This document shows, piece after piece, positions 1 to 9,169 of a stretch of 64,000 nucleotides of DNA (the first letter of the stretch is position 1; every line of letters starts with the position of its first letter). The DNA is from a virus. Location of the stretch: positions 1-64,000 of IMG/VR virus record IMGVR_UViG_3300003322_000968, one strand, 5' to 3'. A program made the translations under genes and the position numbers. The notes under the pieces are model-generated. The model was not told where the DNA came from. It did not search any database and saw only the letters and a list, made by a program, of their open reading frames with translations.

Positions 1-149
1 CATTCATACACAAATGGCCAGCCATCGCAGATGTCGCCTAATGTTATCAATAGGTCATTTTCTTTATCGAAGCCGGATCGCTCCAGGCATTGTTGTAACG
101 GAATATGTGCGCCATGCGGATCCCCCATTACGAAAGTTCTATTTGCCAT
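1..149 (-). CDS. Calcineurin-like metallophosphoesterase (5' part; runs off the window)
   Basis: Manual translation MANRTFVMGDPHGAH...LITLGDICDGWP shows the DxH and GDxxD motifs. Confidence 0.85.
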   Translation of the reverse strand, partial: MANRTFVMGDPHGAHIPLQQCLERSGFDKENDLLITLGDICDGWPFVYE

Positions 150-435
150 AATAAGTTTCCTCCCACCACTTATTAAATTCTTCATCCTTTTGCTCTCTTT
201 GTTTACGCGCCCATTCGGTTTTGTATTCGCGTATCTGGTCTTTCTTCAGTTTTTCTTCTCTGACTTTTTTGAGATACCTATCATTGTGTTCTTTCTTTGT
301 TAATGGAGCTTTTTTAATCTGGCCCTTCTTTACAGGTACGATTTTACCTTCTTTTACCTTTTGACGGTAAATTTTTTTCGCTTCACGATCCTTCTTACGC
401 TTTTCTTCTATAGATTGCTTAGTGCCCTTTGCCAT
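139..435 (-). CDS. Basic, lysine-rich hypothetical protein
   Basis: 98-aa ORF overlapping the next gene of the operon. Confidence 0.6.
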   Translation of the reverse strand: MAKGTKQSIEEKRKKDREAKKIYRQKVKEGKIVPVKKGQIKKAPLTKKEHNDRYLKKVREEKLKKDQIREYKTEWARKQREQKDEEFNKWWEETYYGK

Positions 436-447
436 AATTAATAGTTT

Positions 448-678
448 TTATTTAAAGATTATGGTTGCCTTTTTATTTACGAGGTCATCAACCGACACAT
501 TGAAATATTTAGCAATTTGTTGTAACTCTTCATCTTTTATTTTAATGTTACGCGCGGGGGTTTCGATGTCGCCTATTCTGCGCTCAGATATTAGGTTTAG
601 TTCAATGCTAAGCTCCCTGGCGGATATATCGCGCTCCAACCGCAATAAACGCAAATTGTGGCCTATGTTATTAGACAT
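448..678 (-). CDS. XRE-family helix-turn-helix protein
   Basis: IGHNLRLLRLERDISARELS...LQQIAKYFNVSVDDL; start moved to ATG at 678. Confidence 0.85.
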   Translation of the reverse strand: MSNNIGHNLRLLRLERDISARELSIELNLISERRIGDIETPARNIKIKDEELQQIAKYFNVSVDDLVNKKATIIFK

Positions 679-679
679 A

Positions 680-877
680 TTAAGTTTTTTTGTTGTTGTA
701 TTTCTGTAATGCCAGCTCCATGGCAATAGGCGCATGGGGTATTTCTTTTAGAGCGGCGTAAAATAGATCTGTTAAATCCTGTGGCGTTAAGTTGTTGTGG
801 CGAACTGCTATCGCTTTGCCATTTGTAGATATGGCTATTCGGCGCCATTTGGGTGGCTTGTCGGAGGGAAAAGACAT
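680..877 (-). CDS. Hypothetical protein
   Basis: ORF from ATG 877 (MSFPSDKPPKW) abutting the HTH gene. Confidence 0.5.
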   Translation of the reverse strand: MSFPSDKPPKWRRIAISTNGKAIAVRHNNLTPQDLTDLFYAALKEIPHAPIAMELALQKYNNKKT

Positions 878-977
878 AGGATGAGGTTTACGGTTTAATG
901 ATTTTAATAGTAAATAGCGCAAAGATCATAAGCCGTCGGGGTGTTTAATTGTTAATTAATATCCCCTAATGTAGCAA

Positions 978-1379
978 TTATTCTGAATTATTATCCAATT
1001 TATTTTTACTTTTTTGAAGCATTTTTTCAAAAGGCGTGAGCGTATCGTATTGATCTTCAGGTTTATGTACTACTTCTGGGATGATCTCCGCCGGTATATC
1101 AATCTTAGCCGGCTCCGGCTCTACCGGTAACGCGGCTTCGCGAATAGCAGCATCAATCTTTAGCAGGTTATTATTATATTCTTCAGTTTCTTTTTTGGTG
1201 GCATACCGAAAATAATGGCCTTTAGCCTGCTTTGTTTTTCCATTGATGTTGTAGGATATAACGACCTGGGATAAATTATAAAAATCAGCAGCTGCCTTGC
1301 TCGACTCCCAGTAAGCTACCGGCTTACCGCCAGGTTTATCTAACTCTATAATTGGTTTTTTTAAATTAGGATTTGCCAT
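978..1379 (-). CDS. NUMOD1-like DNA-binding domain protein
   Basis: PVAYWESSKAAADFYNL...ISYNINGKTKQAKGHYFRY resembles the NUMOD1 HTH; start at ATG 1379. Confidence 0.6.
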   Translation of the reverse strand: MANPNLKKPIIELDKPGGKPVAYWESSKAAADFYNLSQVVISYNINGKTKQAKGHYFRYATKKETEEYNNNLLKIDAAIREAALPVEPEPAKIDIPAEIIPEVVHKPEDQYDTLTPFEKMLQKSKNKLDNNSE

Positions 1380-1953
1380 AATATATACATTCTGGTGGTA
1401 AAATTTTAGGATCACAGTTATAGTCAACCATTTGTTGTGCGTTGCTGCTCCAACCAGGGTGCTGAAGGGCGGCGAATGGCGCGCAGACGTAATAACTACC
1501 GACTATGGGCTGATCATCAATGTGTTTGTTTTCGGGTGTTGATAGGAATTTATCATAGTAAACCTCGCTAATTATATAACAGTGAAGGCCGGCAAATTTG
1601 CCAATTGGTATAGCTCCGGTCCTTTTGCCAACTTGCTGCAATGTTTGCTGGTCCAGACCATAAGCTCCTGCCAAATACAGATCAAAATACTCCGGCTTAT
1701 TCGCTAAGAAGTACTGCCAACCATCTGGCGCCGGGAACATTACATCTTCTTCCATGATGCAGATCTCAGGCAAATGGTGATCCACGGCAAATTGCACGAT
1801 TTGCTTATGGCTCAGATTAATGCTACGAACAACGTTAAGAGGGTCATATATCGGCTCCCAGAACTTAGCGTCGATGCCTTGGCGATCTAATTCCGCATAA
1901 AGGGTTTCATTTGGTCGCGGCCTTACCGGGTTTATTAATATATGCGCTATCAT
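1366..1953 (-). CDS. Glycosyltransferase, GT25-like
   Basis: SHKQIV..A, EICIMEEDV and GLHCYII motifs typical of family 25. Confidence 0.65.
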   Translation of the reverse strand: MIAHILINPVRPRPNETLYAELDRQGIDAKFWEPIYDPLNVVRSINLSHKQIVQFAVDHHLPEICIMEEDVMFPAPDGWQYFLANKPEYFDLYLAGAYGLDQQTLQQVGKRTGAIPIGKFAGLHCYIISEVYYDKFLSTPENKHIDDQPIVGSYYVCAPFAALQHPGWSSNAQQMVDYNCDPKILPPECIYYGKS

Positions 1954-1958
1954 GTAGT

Positions 1959-2096
1959 TTAATTTTCACTCCAATGATCGACCCAGCTCCTGAATGTATT
2001 GCTTTTGTTATACAGTATAACAGCGGCTAAGACGCCCAAACAAAACAGCCCCCACATAACCAAAATCGTAATTAAAACGTACAATAGATTGATCAT
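1959..2096 (-). CDS. Small membrane protein (45 aa)
   Basis: Manual translation MINLLYVLITILVMWGLFCLGVLAAVILYNK...; fills the gap in the operon. Confidence 0.55.
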   Translation of the reverse strand: MINLLYVLITILVMWGLFCLGVLAAVILYNKSNTFRSWVDHWSEN

Positions 2097-2743
2097 ATAA
2101 ATTTTATTTGATCATTAATAATTGTTTTCCAGTTATTGAATTCATACAAATTGCTCACTACCGTTGTATGTGGCGCGCCTTCCACAATAAGGTCACAACG
2201 AAACTTAAAAGAGTTTAGGATCTCACTAAGGCCATAAACATATTCGGCGTCCGGCTCCGTATCATGCACAATGATCAGCTTGGCAATATTGCTATGCTTA
2301 CTAATTAAATATTTGCGCAATTCTGCCGGCGCGCAATCAATGAATACAATTGATCCTTTCCAGACATTGACATGCATGTAATTGGGTTCATAAAACAAAG
2401 TATGGTTTTTATGAGCCCAGATATTGTCGTCATATTCAATTGCGTTATACGATTTGTCTTTAATTAATTCAAACCATTGGTAGTCGCTTTCATAACTGAT
2501 GCAGTCGTTTGCCGGGAATTTCTCAGCATATAATGATTGTAATAATGGTGTGCTTCCCTGCCCAGTTCCGAATTCAAAAAAGCCCATATGGTGCATGTTC
2601 ATAATGGCCCTATATAGCATTGGCCTATGTGATGAAAAATCATCAACCGGCATCCAACTATCCGGAATTTCCGGATGGTCTAATGGAAGCGGCACACCGC
2701 GTTCGATTATAGGTTCAGGTATCTTCTTTTTGCGTTTAGCCAT
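2093..2743 (-). CDS. Class I SAM-dependent methyltransferase-like protein
   Basis: FEFGTGQGST motif I, VFIDCAP, IIVHDTE; start at ATG 2743. Confidence 0.65.
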   Translation of the reverse strand: MAKRKKKIPEPIIERGVPLPLDHPEIPDSWMPVDDFSSHRPMLYRAIMNMHHMGFFEFGTGQGSTPLLQSLYAEKFPANDCISYESDYQWFELIKDKSYNAIEYDDNIWAHKNHTLFYEPNYMHVNVWKGSIVFIDCAPAELRKYLISKHSNIAKLIIVHDTEPDAEYVYGLSEILNSFKFRCDLIVEGAPHTTVVSNLYEFNNWKTIINDQIKFI

Positions 2744-2744
2744 A

Positions 2745-3329
2745 TTATTCAATTGTCCATATTCCGGTTTGCCAAGGATGGCCATCATGATCTTTATGAT
2801 CTTCTTGCAAATAAATGTTTCCTGTGAAACTCCTCAAGGCTTCTTCCGCAGCTGGGCATATAAACACATAATCCTGTTGCCAATTATCCACGATTAACGT
2901 TAGTGGGCGCAGTAACGTTAGCGCCTTTAAAATACATTCATAACGCAGAATACCATCTACGACAACAATATCGGGAGTATACCACGCCGGCACCTCCGTG
3001 TAAAAATCAATCTTTGTTTGATCTCCTTCATGAACATTTCGGTAATGTATCTCCACCTTTGACTGTAATCCTAATTCATTCTTGCGGGCAACTATATCGG
3101 CAAACCATTGCTGATTGGCTTCAATAGAAAACACATACTTACACTTATCGGCCCACCATAATGTAGATAGGCCAGCTCCCCACTCGAGCACGAGCTTATC
3201 GGCAAGATCCCAGGTTTTTATAGCATCCATGGCGCTGTTTACAAGCCACGGCTCTACTAAATTATTTGTAGGATCGAATCTTTGCCCGAAGGATAATCCT
3301 ATTCTACTTGTATGCCCATTTGAATCCAT
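2745..3329 (-). CDS. Class I SAM-dependent methyltransferase-like protein
   Basis: VLEWGAGLSTLWW, SIE, VVVDG, LIVDN motifs. Confidence 0.7.
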   Translation of the reverse strand: MDSNGHTSRIGLSFGQRFDPTNNLVEPWLVNSAMDAIKTWDLADKLVLEWGAGLSTLWWADKCKYVFSIEANQQWFADIVARKNELGLQSKVEIHYRNVHEGDQTKIDFYTEVPAWYTPDIVVVDGILRYECILKALTLLRPLTLIVDNWQQDYVFICPAAEEALRSFTGNIYLQEDHKDHDGHPWQTGIWTIE

Positions 3330-3897
3330 ATGCTGTTTTTCCTCTTTTTATGATGACTCTTGATATTGTTGATTTTTTGCCATTCACGGCTAATGCGGCG
3401 GCAGCTAATGACGAAAATTCACTGATTGTTTCTCCGTTCTCATTCAGCTGCAATGTAATGTTCTTCTGGCGCCACGGCTTTGCCTTGAAATGATTTGAAT
3501 TATTTTTAAACCTTCCATTGACAGCGGAATATAGAACATTATCGTGCTTCGTTTTGTATTCAAGATTGAGATAATAATTGTTTTGACGATTAAAGTCAAT
3601 ATGATTTATCTCAAGCTCATTTGAGTACCCGTCAATAAACAAAAAAGCCACAAGCCTATGAATTTTCCATCTTTGCGTTAAGCCATTAAAACATAGCGTT
3701 ACTTCAAGATAGTTATCAGCATTTCTGAACGGGGTTAATAGGCCAGCCCTTTTTGAATATTTTATGCCGTTTTTATCGATCCTGAAATTTGCAACTCTCC
3801 TTACTCTACCATGATTGCTGCATTCATAAGCCCCTTCGAACATTGGTATTGGCTTCCATGTTTCTTCTGTTTGTGTTAATTTACCAATATCAACCAT
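3304..3897 (-). CDS. NUMOD4-HNH homing endonuclease
   Basis: ETWKPIPMFEGAYECSNHGRVR (NUMOD4), IHRLVA..F, EINHIDFNRQNN...NLE (HNH), C-terminal NUMOD1 (AYGFKW). Confidence 0.9.
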   Translation of the reverse strand: MVDIGKLTQTEETWKPIPMFEGAYECSNHGRVRRVANFRIDKNGIKYSKRAGLLTPFRNADNYLEVTLCFNGLTQRWKIHRLVAFLFIDGYSNELEINHIDFNRQNNYYLNLEYKTKHDNVLYSAVNGRFKNNSNHFKAKPWRQKNITLQLNENGETISEFSSLAAAALAVNGKKSTISRVIIKRGKTAYGFKWAYK

Positions 3898-3899
3898 AA

Positions 3900-4166
3900 T
3901 CAGAATAATTTTCCATCCATGTATTTCTGTTCTACTTCATAAGGATTTGCAATGTATTGCGCAAGCAGGCTGATTAGCTGGCTTGCTTGTTCAATTGCAA
4001 TTGTTTGGCATCCGACCTCGACAAAAAAGCCTTTGTCAAGCTGCCTAATAGTTAGTTGTCGCATTTTGAAACTTAGCGGTGCGGCTCCGTGTTCGCTTAT
4101 CATTCTATTGGCCTGTTCTCTTGTGGCTGGTTGTTCATGTCCAGGCATCGGCGCTTGTGTATTCAT
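3900..4166 (-). CDS. Hypothetical protein
   Basis: 88-aa ORF in the operon; resembles its neighbour 4184-4399. Confidence 0.6.
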   Translation of the reverse strand: MNTQAPMPGHEQPATREQANRMISEHGAAPLSFKMRQLTIRQLDKGFFVEVGCQTIAIEQASQLISLLAQYIANPYEVEQKYMDGKLF

Positions 4167-4183
4167 TATATATATTTATTGGG

Positions 4184-4399
4184 TTATAAATTGTCTAAAT
4201 AGCTAAAAAAGGAATTACTGTAAAACTCTTTTTCGAATTCAGTTGGATCTTTAAGAAAACGTTCGGTAAATTTTAACACCTTCTCAAGGGCATGGATTGT
4301 AAAGGACCTTCGACCAATGGCGATTATATAACCCAGTGATCCGTCTTCAATAATAACTTTGCTAATTTCAATATTATTTACTTGGACTTTTGGTGTCAT
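4184..4399 (-). CDS. Hypothetical protein
   Basis: 71-aa ORF overlapping the upstream gene. Confidence 0.55.
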   Translation of the reverse strand: MTPKVQVNNIEISKVIIEDGSLGYIIAIGRRSFTIHALEKVLKFTERFLKDPTEFEKEFYSNSFFSYLDNL

Positions 4400-5208
4400 A
4401 AAAGCTTTACATATTCATTTCTGTAATCAATCATCCAATCGAAATTGTCATCGGGATACATGGTCTGAAATAGATCGAGAATTGATTTAAAATTATCTTC
4501 TGTATATCCAGGCCTTTTCATATGAGCATCTATGATACCAGGCGGTATTGCTTCCGGCCAGCCATCGCGATCAGCACGCCGTGTTGCGAATTGAGTGCCG
4601 GGCGCGGCGCGCAAATGTTCAAATACTAATTCATCGCTTTTTTTAAGTGCATTAAATATGGTTTCTTGGTCTTTGGACCATAAGTTTCCCCTAAAATGTT
4701 CGCATTCTATTGCGCCAAGTAAATCATCAAGCTTTTCCTGAGCAGAAACTCCAAGGGGAATATTCATTACCTCTCGCCAGATTTTGGCAGGCATTCCAAT
4801 GAAACATATTGGGTATTGATTTTCGGGAACCAGATCAGCTCCAGCAACGTGAACATAGCCATCATTGAATTGATTAAAATATCCCCTATTAAAAACCGCC
4901 ATATCAATATCTCCGGTGATTAATACTTCGTCATCCTGGAATAATGGCAATGCGGCACCGTATAAGCGAGAGCATTGGGCGTAGGTGGCTTCTTTGTCTT
5001 TAGGACAATTGTAAACAGCAAATCTATTATTGCCTTGGCTTTGAAAATAATTTCTCATGACTCTACGCCTCCTTTGTCTTACCACATCGCCACAATCATC
5101 TGGTATAAAGCAAACCACATCAATACCCAGCTTATTCCAGGCCCAGGTAGTTATGGGAAGGAAGAAAAGATATTGATTGTCATAGGTTGTGGAGAGAATT
5201 GCAGTCAT
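4396..5208 (-). CDS. GT-A fold glycosyltransferase-like protein
   Basis: LITGDIDM DxD motif and WSKDQ; located in the glycosyltransferase cluster. Confidence 0.55.
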   Translation of the reverse strand: MTAILSTTYDNQYLFFLPITTWAWNKLGIDVVCFIPDDCGDVVRQRRRRVMRNYFQSQGNNRFAVYNCPKDKEATYAQCSRLYGAALPLFQDDEVLITGDIDMAVFNRGYFNQFNDGYVHVAGADLVPENQYPICFIGMPAKIWREVMNIPLGVSAQEKLDDLLGAIECEHFRGNLWSKDQETIFNALKKSDELVFEHLRAAPGTQFATRRADRDGWPEAIPPGIIDAHMKRPGYTEDNFKSILDLFQTMYPDDNFDWMIDYRNEYVKLL

Positions 5209-5480
5209 TTTAGTACTTTTTCAATACTGAGTTCTTTTAAACAATGTTCGTACATCCCATTATCCTCTAAAAGCTTGTCTACATCTATTTTGGCTATTGC
5301 GCGTTGATCCATATCCACCATAACAATATTCTCAAGTATGATTCTGTATGGTATATGATTCATACTTAATTTATATTTCTTCAATTCTTGATTCAACTCC
5401 CATGCAAGATCCATTATCCTACATATTTCAAGTAGCTGAGTAGATTCAAAAAAGTTGACGGCATATAACTGCTGGCTCAT
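5205..5480 (-). CDS. Hypothetical protein
   Basis: 91-aa ORF coupled to the downstream gene. Confidence 0.5.
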   Translation of the reverse strand: MSQQLYAVNFFESTQLLEICRIMDLAWELNQELKKYKLSMNHIPYRIILENIVMVDMDQRAIAKIDVDKLLEDNGMYEHCLKELSIEKVLK

Positions 5481-5489
5481 AATAATTGT

Positions 5490-6182
5490 TTATCCTATTC
5501 CTTGTATCCAAAATATTAATTCATGTAAATTGTAATCGGTGCCATAATAGGCAACAAAATCCCTATCTTCCCCAGCTGTTTTAATCCCCATCTTATGTAG
5601 TATAACCGAGGCGGCGCTTTGGTCCTGGCGGCTGAATTTGAATAGCGGGTGATGACTGTCATTAGGATCATGAAACCTTGCTCCATTAAACATCCCATCA
5701 AGCATGTATTGCCGCCAGTTCTCAAAGAACTCTTTACCCTTAGGATTGTCGATATTTATTCCTACTAAACCGGTTGCAAACTCACTTACATCGGTAAGGT
5801 CATCTCGAACTAAACCGGCATAGTTCAATAAGGCGTCGGTAGTTGTCTCAGCTAGCGAATAGCCCGATTTAAAGAAGTATAAACCATGTTCGTTGATATA
5901 ATCAAATACTGGCATTATAGGCTTTATGGCGTATATGCTGGCATCAGCCCATAAGACTATCCTATAACCGCGCCGAAAGGCTTCCTCAAAGCAGTACACC
6001 TTAAAGGCATATGGATATTCATTTACCGGTGGGCAACCTGATGGTAATTCATCTTTCCAGGTTAATATATCGCCAGCCCAGCCGGTAAAGTTTAAGCTGC
6101 GCTCAAGCCGTTTAACACCAACGGGATAATGACCGCCGAAGCCGAATGAAATGACGCAAGCTTGATTATTGGTTAGATCCAT
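5490..6182 (-). CDS. GT-A fold glycosyltransferase-like protein (GT34/GT77-like)
   Basis: YAFK, IVLWADAS and RQDQS motifs. Confidence 0.6.
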   Translation of the reverse strand: MDLTNNQACVISFGFGGHYPVGVKRLERSLNFTGWAGDILTWKDELPSGCPPVNEYPYAFKVYCFEEAFRRGYRIVLWADASIYAIKPIMPVFDYINEHGLYFFKSGYSLAETTTDALLNYAGLVRDDLTDVSEFATGLVGINIDNPKGKEFFENWRQYMLDGMFNGARFHDPNDSHHPLFKFSRQDQSAASVILHKMGIKTAGEDRDFVAYYGTDYNLHELIFWIQGIG

Positions 6183-6191
6183 GTTGTTGAT

Positions 6192-6398
6192 TTATGCTGT
6201 TGCTGCTTTAACTGCCCACATTGCCGCCTCCTCAAAAGAGGTCTGTGCTAGGGATGCGAGACGAGCATCTTTCTGCTTAAATGATTCGCAGATATTTATA
6301 AGTTCTGCTGTTCTGAATTTAATATCATCAACAAATGTTGATCCGCTTACATTAAAGTCGGTGCGCACTCTTTGTTCGCCAATTGATTTTTCTGACAT
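6192..6398 (-). CDS. Acb2/Tad1-like helical-hairpin protein (candidate signalling-nucleotide sponge)
   Basis: RLASLAQTSFEEAAMWAVKA matches the R..a.a.T..ee..MW..ka signature of the Acb2/Tad1 hairpin. Confidence 0.55.
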   Translation of the reverse strand: MSEKSIGEQRVRTDFNVSGSTFVDDIKFRTAELINICESFKQKDARLASLAQTSFEEAAMWAVKAATA

Positions 6399-6414
6399 AA
6401 ATTATTATTAATAG

Positions 6415-7011
6415 TTATGAAATACCGTATCGTTGATTATGTGGTGTTGAGTTATACAAATAGTGATAAATGAATTCATCTATATAATTCTCCTTCTGCA
6501 GTAACGGATATATCGCTTGCGCGAAAGCGTGATCTTCGCCAAATCTGATGGGCGGTATGGGACACTGCAAACATAATCTCGTTTTAATAGGGGTTTTAAA
6601 AAATGGCGTTCTTACATGATTAAAACCATCTACATTATCGGCCCACCCACCATACCTAATACTGAAGTTTGAAGATTCAACACGCTTACCATCAAATATG
6701 CATAGCTCTTTAAAGCCTACACAGTCACAATCCATATCTTTGATCTCATCTATAATCAATGGGAGTGCTTGATAATGTAAAAAATCGTCATCGTCAACCT
6801 GCCATGAATATACGCCATTTGCCATACGATATAACCTATTACGCTTATCCCCGATCGTAATCTCTTTATTATCCTGAAGAAATAATATCTCTACAAGATC
6901 ATGCAAATCATAATCTATAATCTGGCGATTGATGAATTGCTTGAGCTTATGAAATTGCTCAGCTCGTTCAATGACAGTTGGGATTAATATTGATAAAAGT
7001 TTTTCGCTCAT
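6415..7011 (-). CDS. Glycosyltransferase family 2
   Basis: LLSILIPT, IGDKRNRL, WQVDDDD, FGED motifs. Confidence 0.85.
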   Translation of the reverse strand: MSEKLLSILIPTVIERAEQFHKLKQFINRQIIDYDLHDLVEILFLQDNKEITIGDKRNRLYRMANGVYSWQVDDDDFLHYQALPLIIDEIKDMDCDCVGFKELCIFDGKRVESSNFSIRYGGWADNVDGFNHVRTPFFKTPIKTRLCLQCPIPPIRFGEDHAFAQAIYPLLQKENYIDEFIYHYLYNSTPHNQRYGIS

Positions 7012-7679
7012 AAATCAAATCCAAAATTTGCTGCCTTTCTTCTATAATAAATTTTTTCATCATGCCCCCACATATTCTGTTGCCGATCAAATTGTTCATC
7101 TCTTGGAAGATGCCCATAGGCGGGATTTAAATGATTGATAATTTGAATACCATTATAGAAATACTTATTTCTTAATTTGGCGCAATCCATGCTTTCGTTA
7201 TCTGCAAAAACACTCCAATACAACGGATTATATATCCATAAATCACGTTCAAAATACTTGCGACCAGCAACATACAAAACTGGTACAGCCAGCTTTGCGT
7301 CGTTATCTAATACGTGCAGAAGACCATCTGTATCGGGGGCGTTTATTGCAAAATATTCCCTGATTAAATTGTCAAATCCGTAAACAATGAATCGTATATC
7401 GTCGCTAACCGCCACGCAAATATCCCAGCCGGTTATATCCTCCATATCACGATTAAACGCATCAATCTTTGTCCTGGATAATCCCCACATTGCAGTTGTA
7501 TGAGCATAGCCATTTATGCGCGCTTTCACCTCCTCGTTGTTCATTGTAGGATCATCAATATCTAATGTACAAACAATGTGGAAGTTCTCTTTATCCGCTA
7601 TCATTGAATGCAGATTATCCAGAGTTTGAAAGAACCGTTCGGGCCTCTGTCTACTTGGAAACTTAAAAAGTATCTTCAT
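7008..7679 (-). CDS. GT-A fold glycosyltransferase
   Basis: KFPSRQRP, DIDD, KIDAFNR, VSDD, YWSVFADNE motifs. Confidence 0.7.
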   Translation of the reverse strand: MKILFKFPSRQRPERFFQTLDNLHSMIADKENFHIVCTLDIDDPTMNNEEVKARINGYAHTTAMWGLSRTKIDAFNRDMEDITGWDICVAVSDDIRFIVYGFDNLIREYFAINAPDTDGLLHVLDNDAKLAVPVLYVAGRKYFERDLWIYNPLYWSVFADNESMDCAKLRNKYFYNGIQIINHLNPAYGHLPRDEQFDRQQNMWGHDEKIYYRRKAANFGFDL

Positions 7680-7888
7680 TAGAAATTAAATTCATTCTTT
7701 TTTATGCCATAAGTCTCATTGTGCCAGATCGTTACTTGGTCGGATGTAAAATGTTTTACTTCGCCACCTTTACATAGTACGATCGTATACATATCATTCT
7801 CCATCATGCCACCGTCTGTTATATACCATACATAACCTTCACCAAGAGGAGTCATGCACGGAACTGGTCTTCGACACTCGTGTATCAT
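7679..7888 (-). CDS. Hypothetical protein
   Basis: 69-aa ORF coupled on both sides. Confidence 0.6.
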   Translation of the reverse strand: MIHECRRPVPCMTPLGEGYVWYITDGGMMENDMYTIVLCKGGEVKHFTSDQVTIWHNETYGIKKNEFNF

Positions 7889-8163
7889 ATAATTGCTTTT
7901 ATGTCGCCGGGGTCTTTCTCTGTAGGACCGTTAATGAATTTGTAATTAACATCTTCGTGTAAAAGTGATACGCCAACCCGCGATGAGTACAACACCTTGT
8001 CACCGGGCTTAATGTTAATGACCGCTGTTGCTATTGCCATAACTTCACCCTCTTCCAGGTCTTTATTGATTACAGAAGGTATTATAAGGCCTGCTGTTGT
8101 TTTTTCCTGCTTCGGCAGGGGCTTCACTAATACCTGATTGCCAAGAGGTGTTATATTTACCAT
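7885..8163 (-). CDS. groES: Co-chaperonin GroES (Cpn10)
   Basis: ITPLGNQVLVKP..QEKTTAGLIIP mobile loop, EGEVMA, IKPGDKVLY. Confidence 0.85.
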   Translation of the reverse strand: MVNITPLGNQVLVKPLPKQEKTTAGLIIPSVINKDLEEGEVMAIATAVINIKPGDKVLYSSRVGVSLLHEDVNYKFINGPTEKDPGDIKAII

Positions 8164-8399
8164 TTACATTTTTTATCGAGATCAATAATGTCATTATAAG
8201 AAAGGGCCATTACGATTAAGAATACAATAAAGGCCAGCCAGCTACCAAAGCTCAATGCGGCTATAACGATATAATCTAGTAGGCAAATAGGCCCGTTGGC
8301 GCAGCGATCAATATGTCTAAAAGAAAAAAAACATATAACATAACCAAGTAAATATATAAGTATACCGACTGCGGTTATTGTTATGTGGTAGGTGACCAT
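8157..8399 (-). CDS. Two-helix membrane protein
   Basis: Two hydrophobic segments. Confidence 0.55.
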   Translation of the reverse strand: MVTYHITITAVGILIYLLGYVICFFSFRHIDRCANGPICLLDYIVIAALSFGSWLAFIVFLIVMALSYNDIIDLDKKCKW

Positions 8400-8454
8400 A
8401 CAAAAAACCTAAGAACATTTTTTTAATTAAAAAAATTATTTGTAGGTTTTTTGT

Positions 8455-9093
8455 ATGCACACGCCAATTAATAAGCTGATTGTTCAGTTAGAGAAAAAGC
8501 TGTACGATTCCAGAACTTTTGAATCAGGTCAAACCATATACTTCGATCCGTCTTGGCATCCAGAAGAATATGCCATGCTAAAGGCCACGGTGGTTTCAGT
8601 ACCACCTGGGGTGATTAATAGGCCTGATTATTATGGTTATAAAATAGAGCCAATTAGTCCCGGCGACGAGATCTTAATAAGATATGATGTGGTATTTGCA
8701 TATAATGACCAACCAGATCGCGATACACCCATATATAAGAATCTGATATTTAGCTACAACGAAAAGCTGGAACGGTTTGAAGAGCTTTGGCTATGTGACA
8801 TTCTTCAGGTGTTTGCGACCATTGACCCCGCAGGAGATTATAGTATGGTCAATGGTTTTGTAATGCTGTCTATAGTAGAAGAAAAAAGAGAATCGGGCAA
8901 TATTATAATACCGGACAGCTACAACAATCAGGAGCTTAAGAACATTGCGATTGTTCGTGCTGGAGGCAAAAGCCTTGGCTTACAATCCGGCGATAAGGTT
9001 TACATAAACCCACAAACCGTAATGCGATATCAGCTTAATCAATGGGCTTTCTTTATCATCAAAGAGCAATATATCCTTGGGCGTATTAAGTAA
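8455..9093 (+). CDS. Tandem GroES-like domain protein
   Basis: ATVVSVP...ISPGDEILI and ESGNIIIP...GLQSGDKVY repeat a GroES-like pattern. Confidence 0.55.
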   Translation: MHTPINKLIVQLEKKLYDSRTFESGQTIYFDPSWHPEEYAMLKATVVSVPPGVINRPDYYGYKIEPISPGDEILIRYDVVFAYNDQPDRDTPIYKNLIFSYNEKLERFEELWLCDILQVFATIDPAGDYSMVNGFVMLSIVEEKRESGNIIIPDSYNNQELKNIAIVRAGGKSLGLQSGDKVYINPQTVMRYQLNQWAFFIIKEQYILGRIK

Positions 9094-9146
9094 AAACTTA
9101 TCCTACTTTTCGGCCTCATTCATTGATCCTCCATAGATTAGGTGTA
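9091..9146 (+). promoter_or_regulatory. Bipartite late promoter, copy 1
   Basis: TAAAAACTTATCCTACTTT followed 43 nt after its start by TAGATTAGGTGTA; same arrangement at 24752 and 29201. Confidence 0.75.
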
Positions 9147-9169
9147 ACCCGGTCTCATCCGGCATCGCG

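Noticed and set aside
2745-3897. Group I intron carrying the HNH gene
   Set aside because: The HNH ORF abuts or overlaps its neighbours, leaving no non-coding room for a ribozyme core
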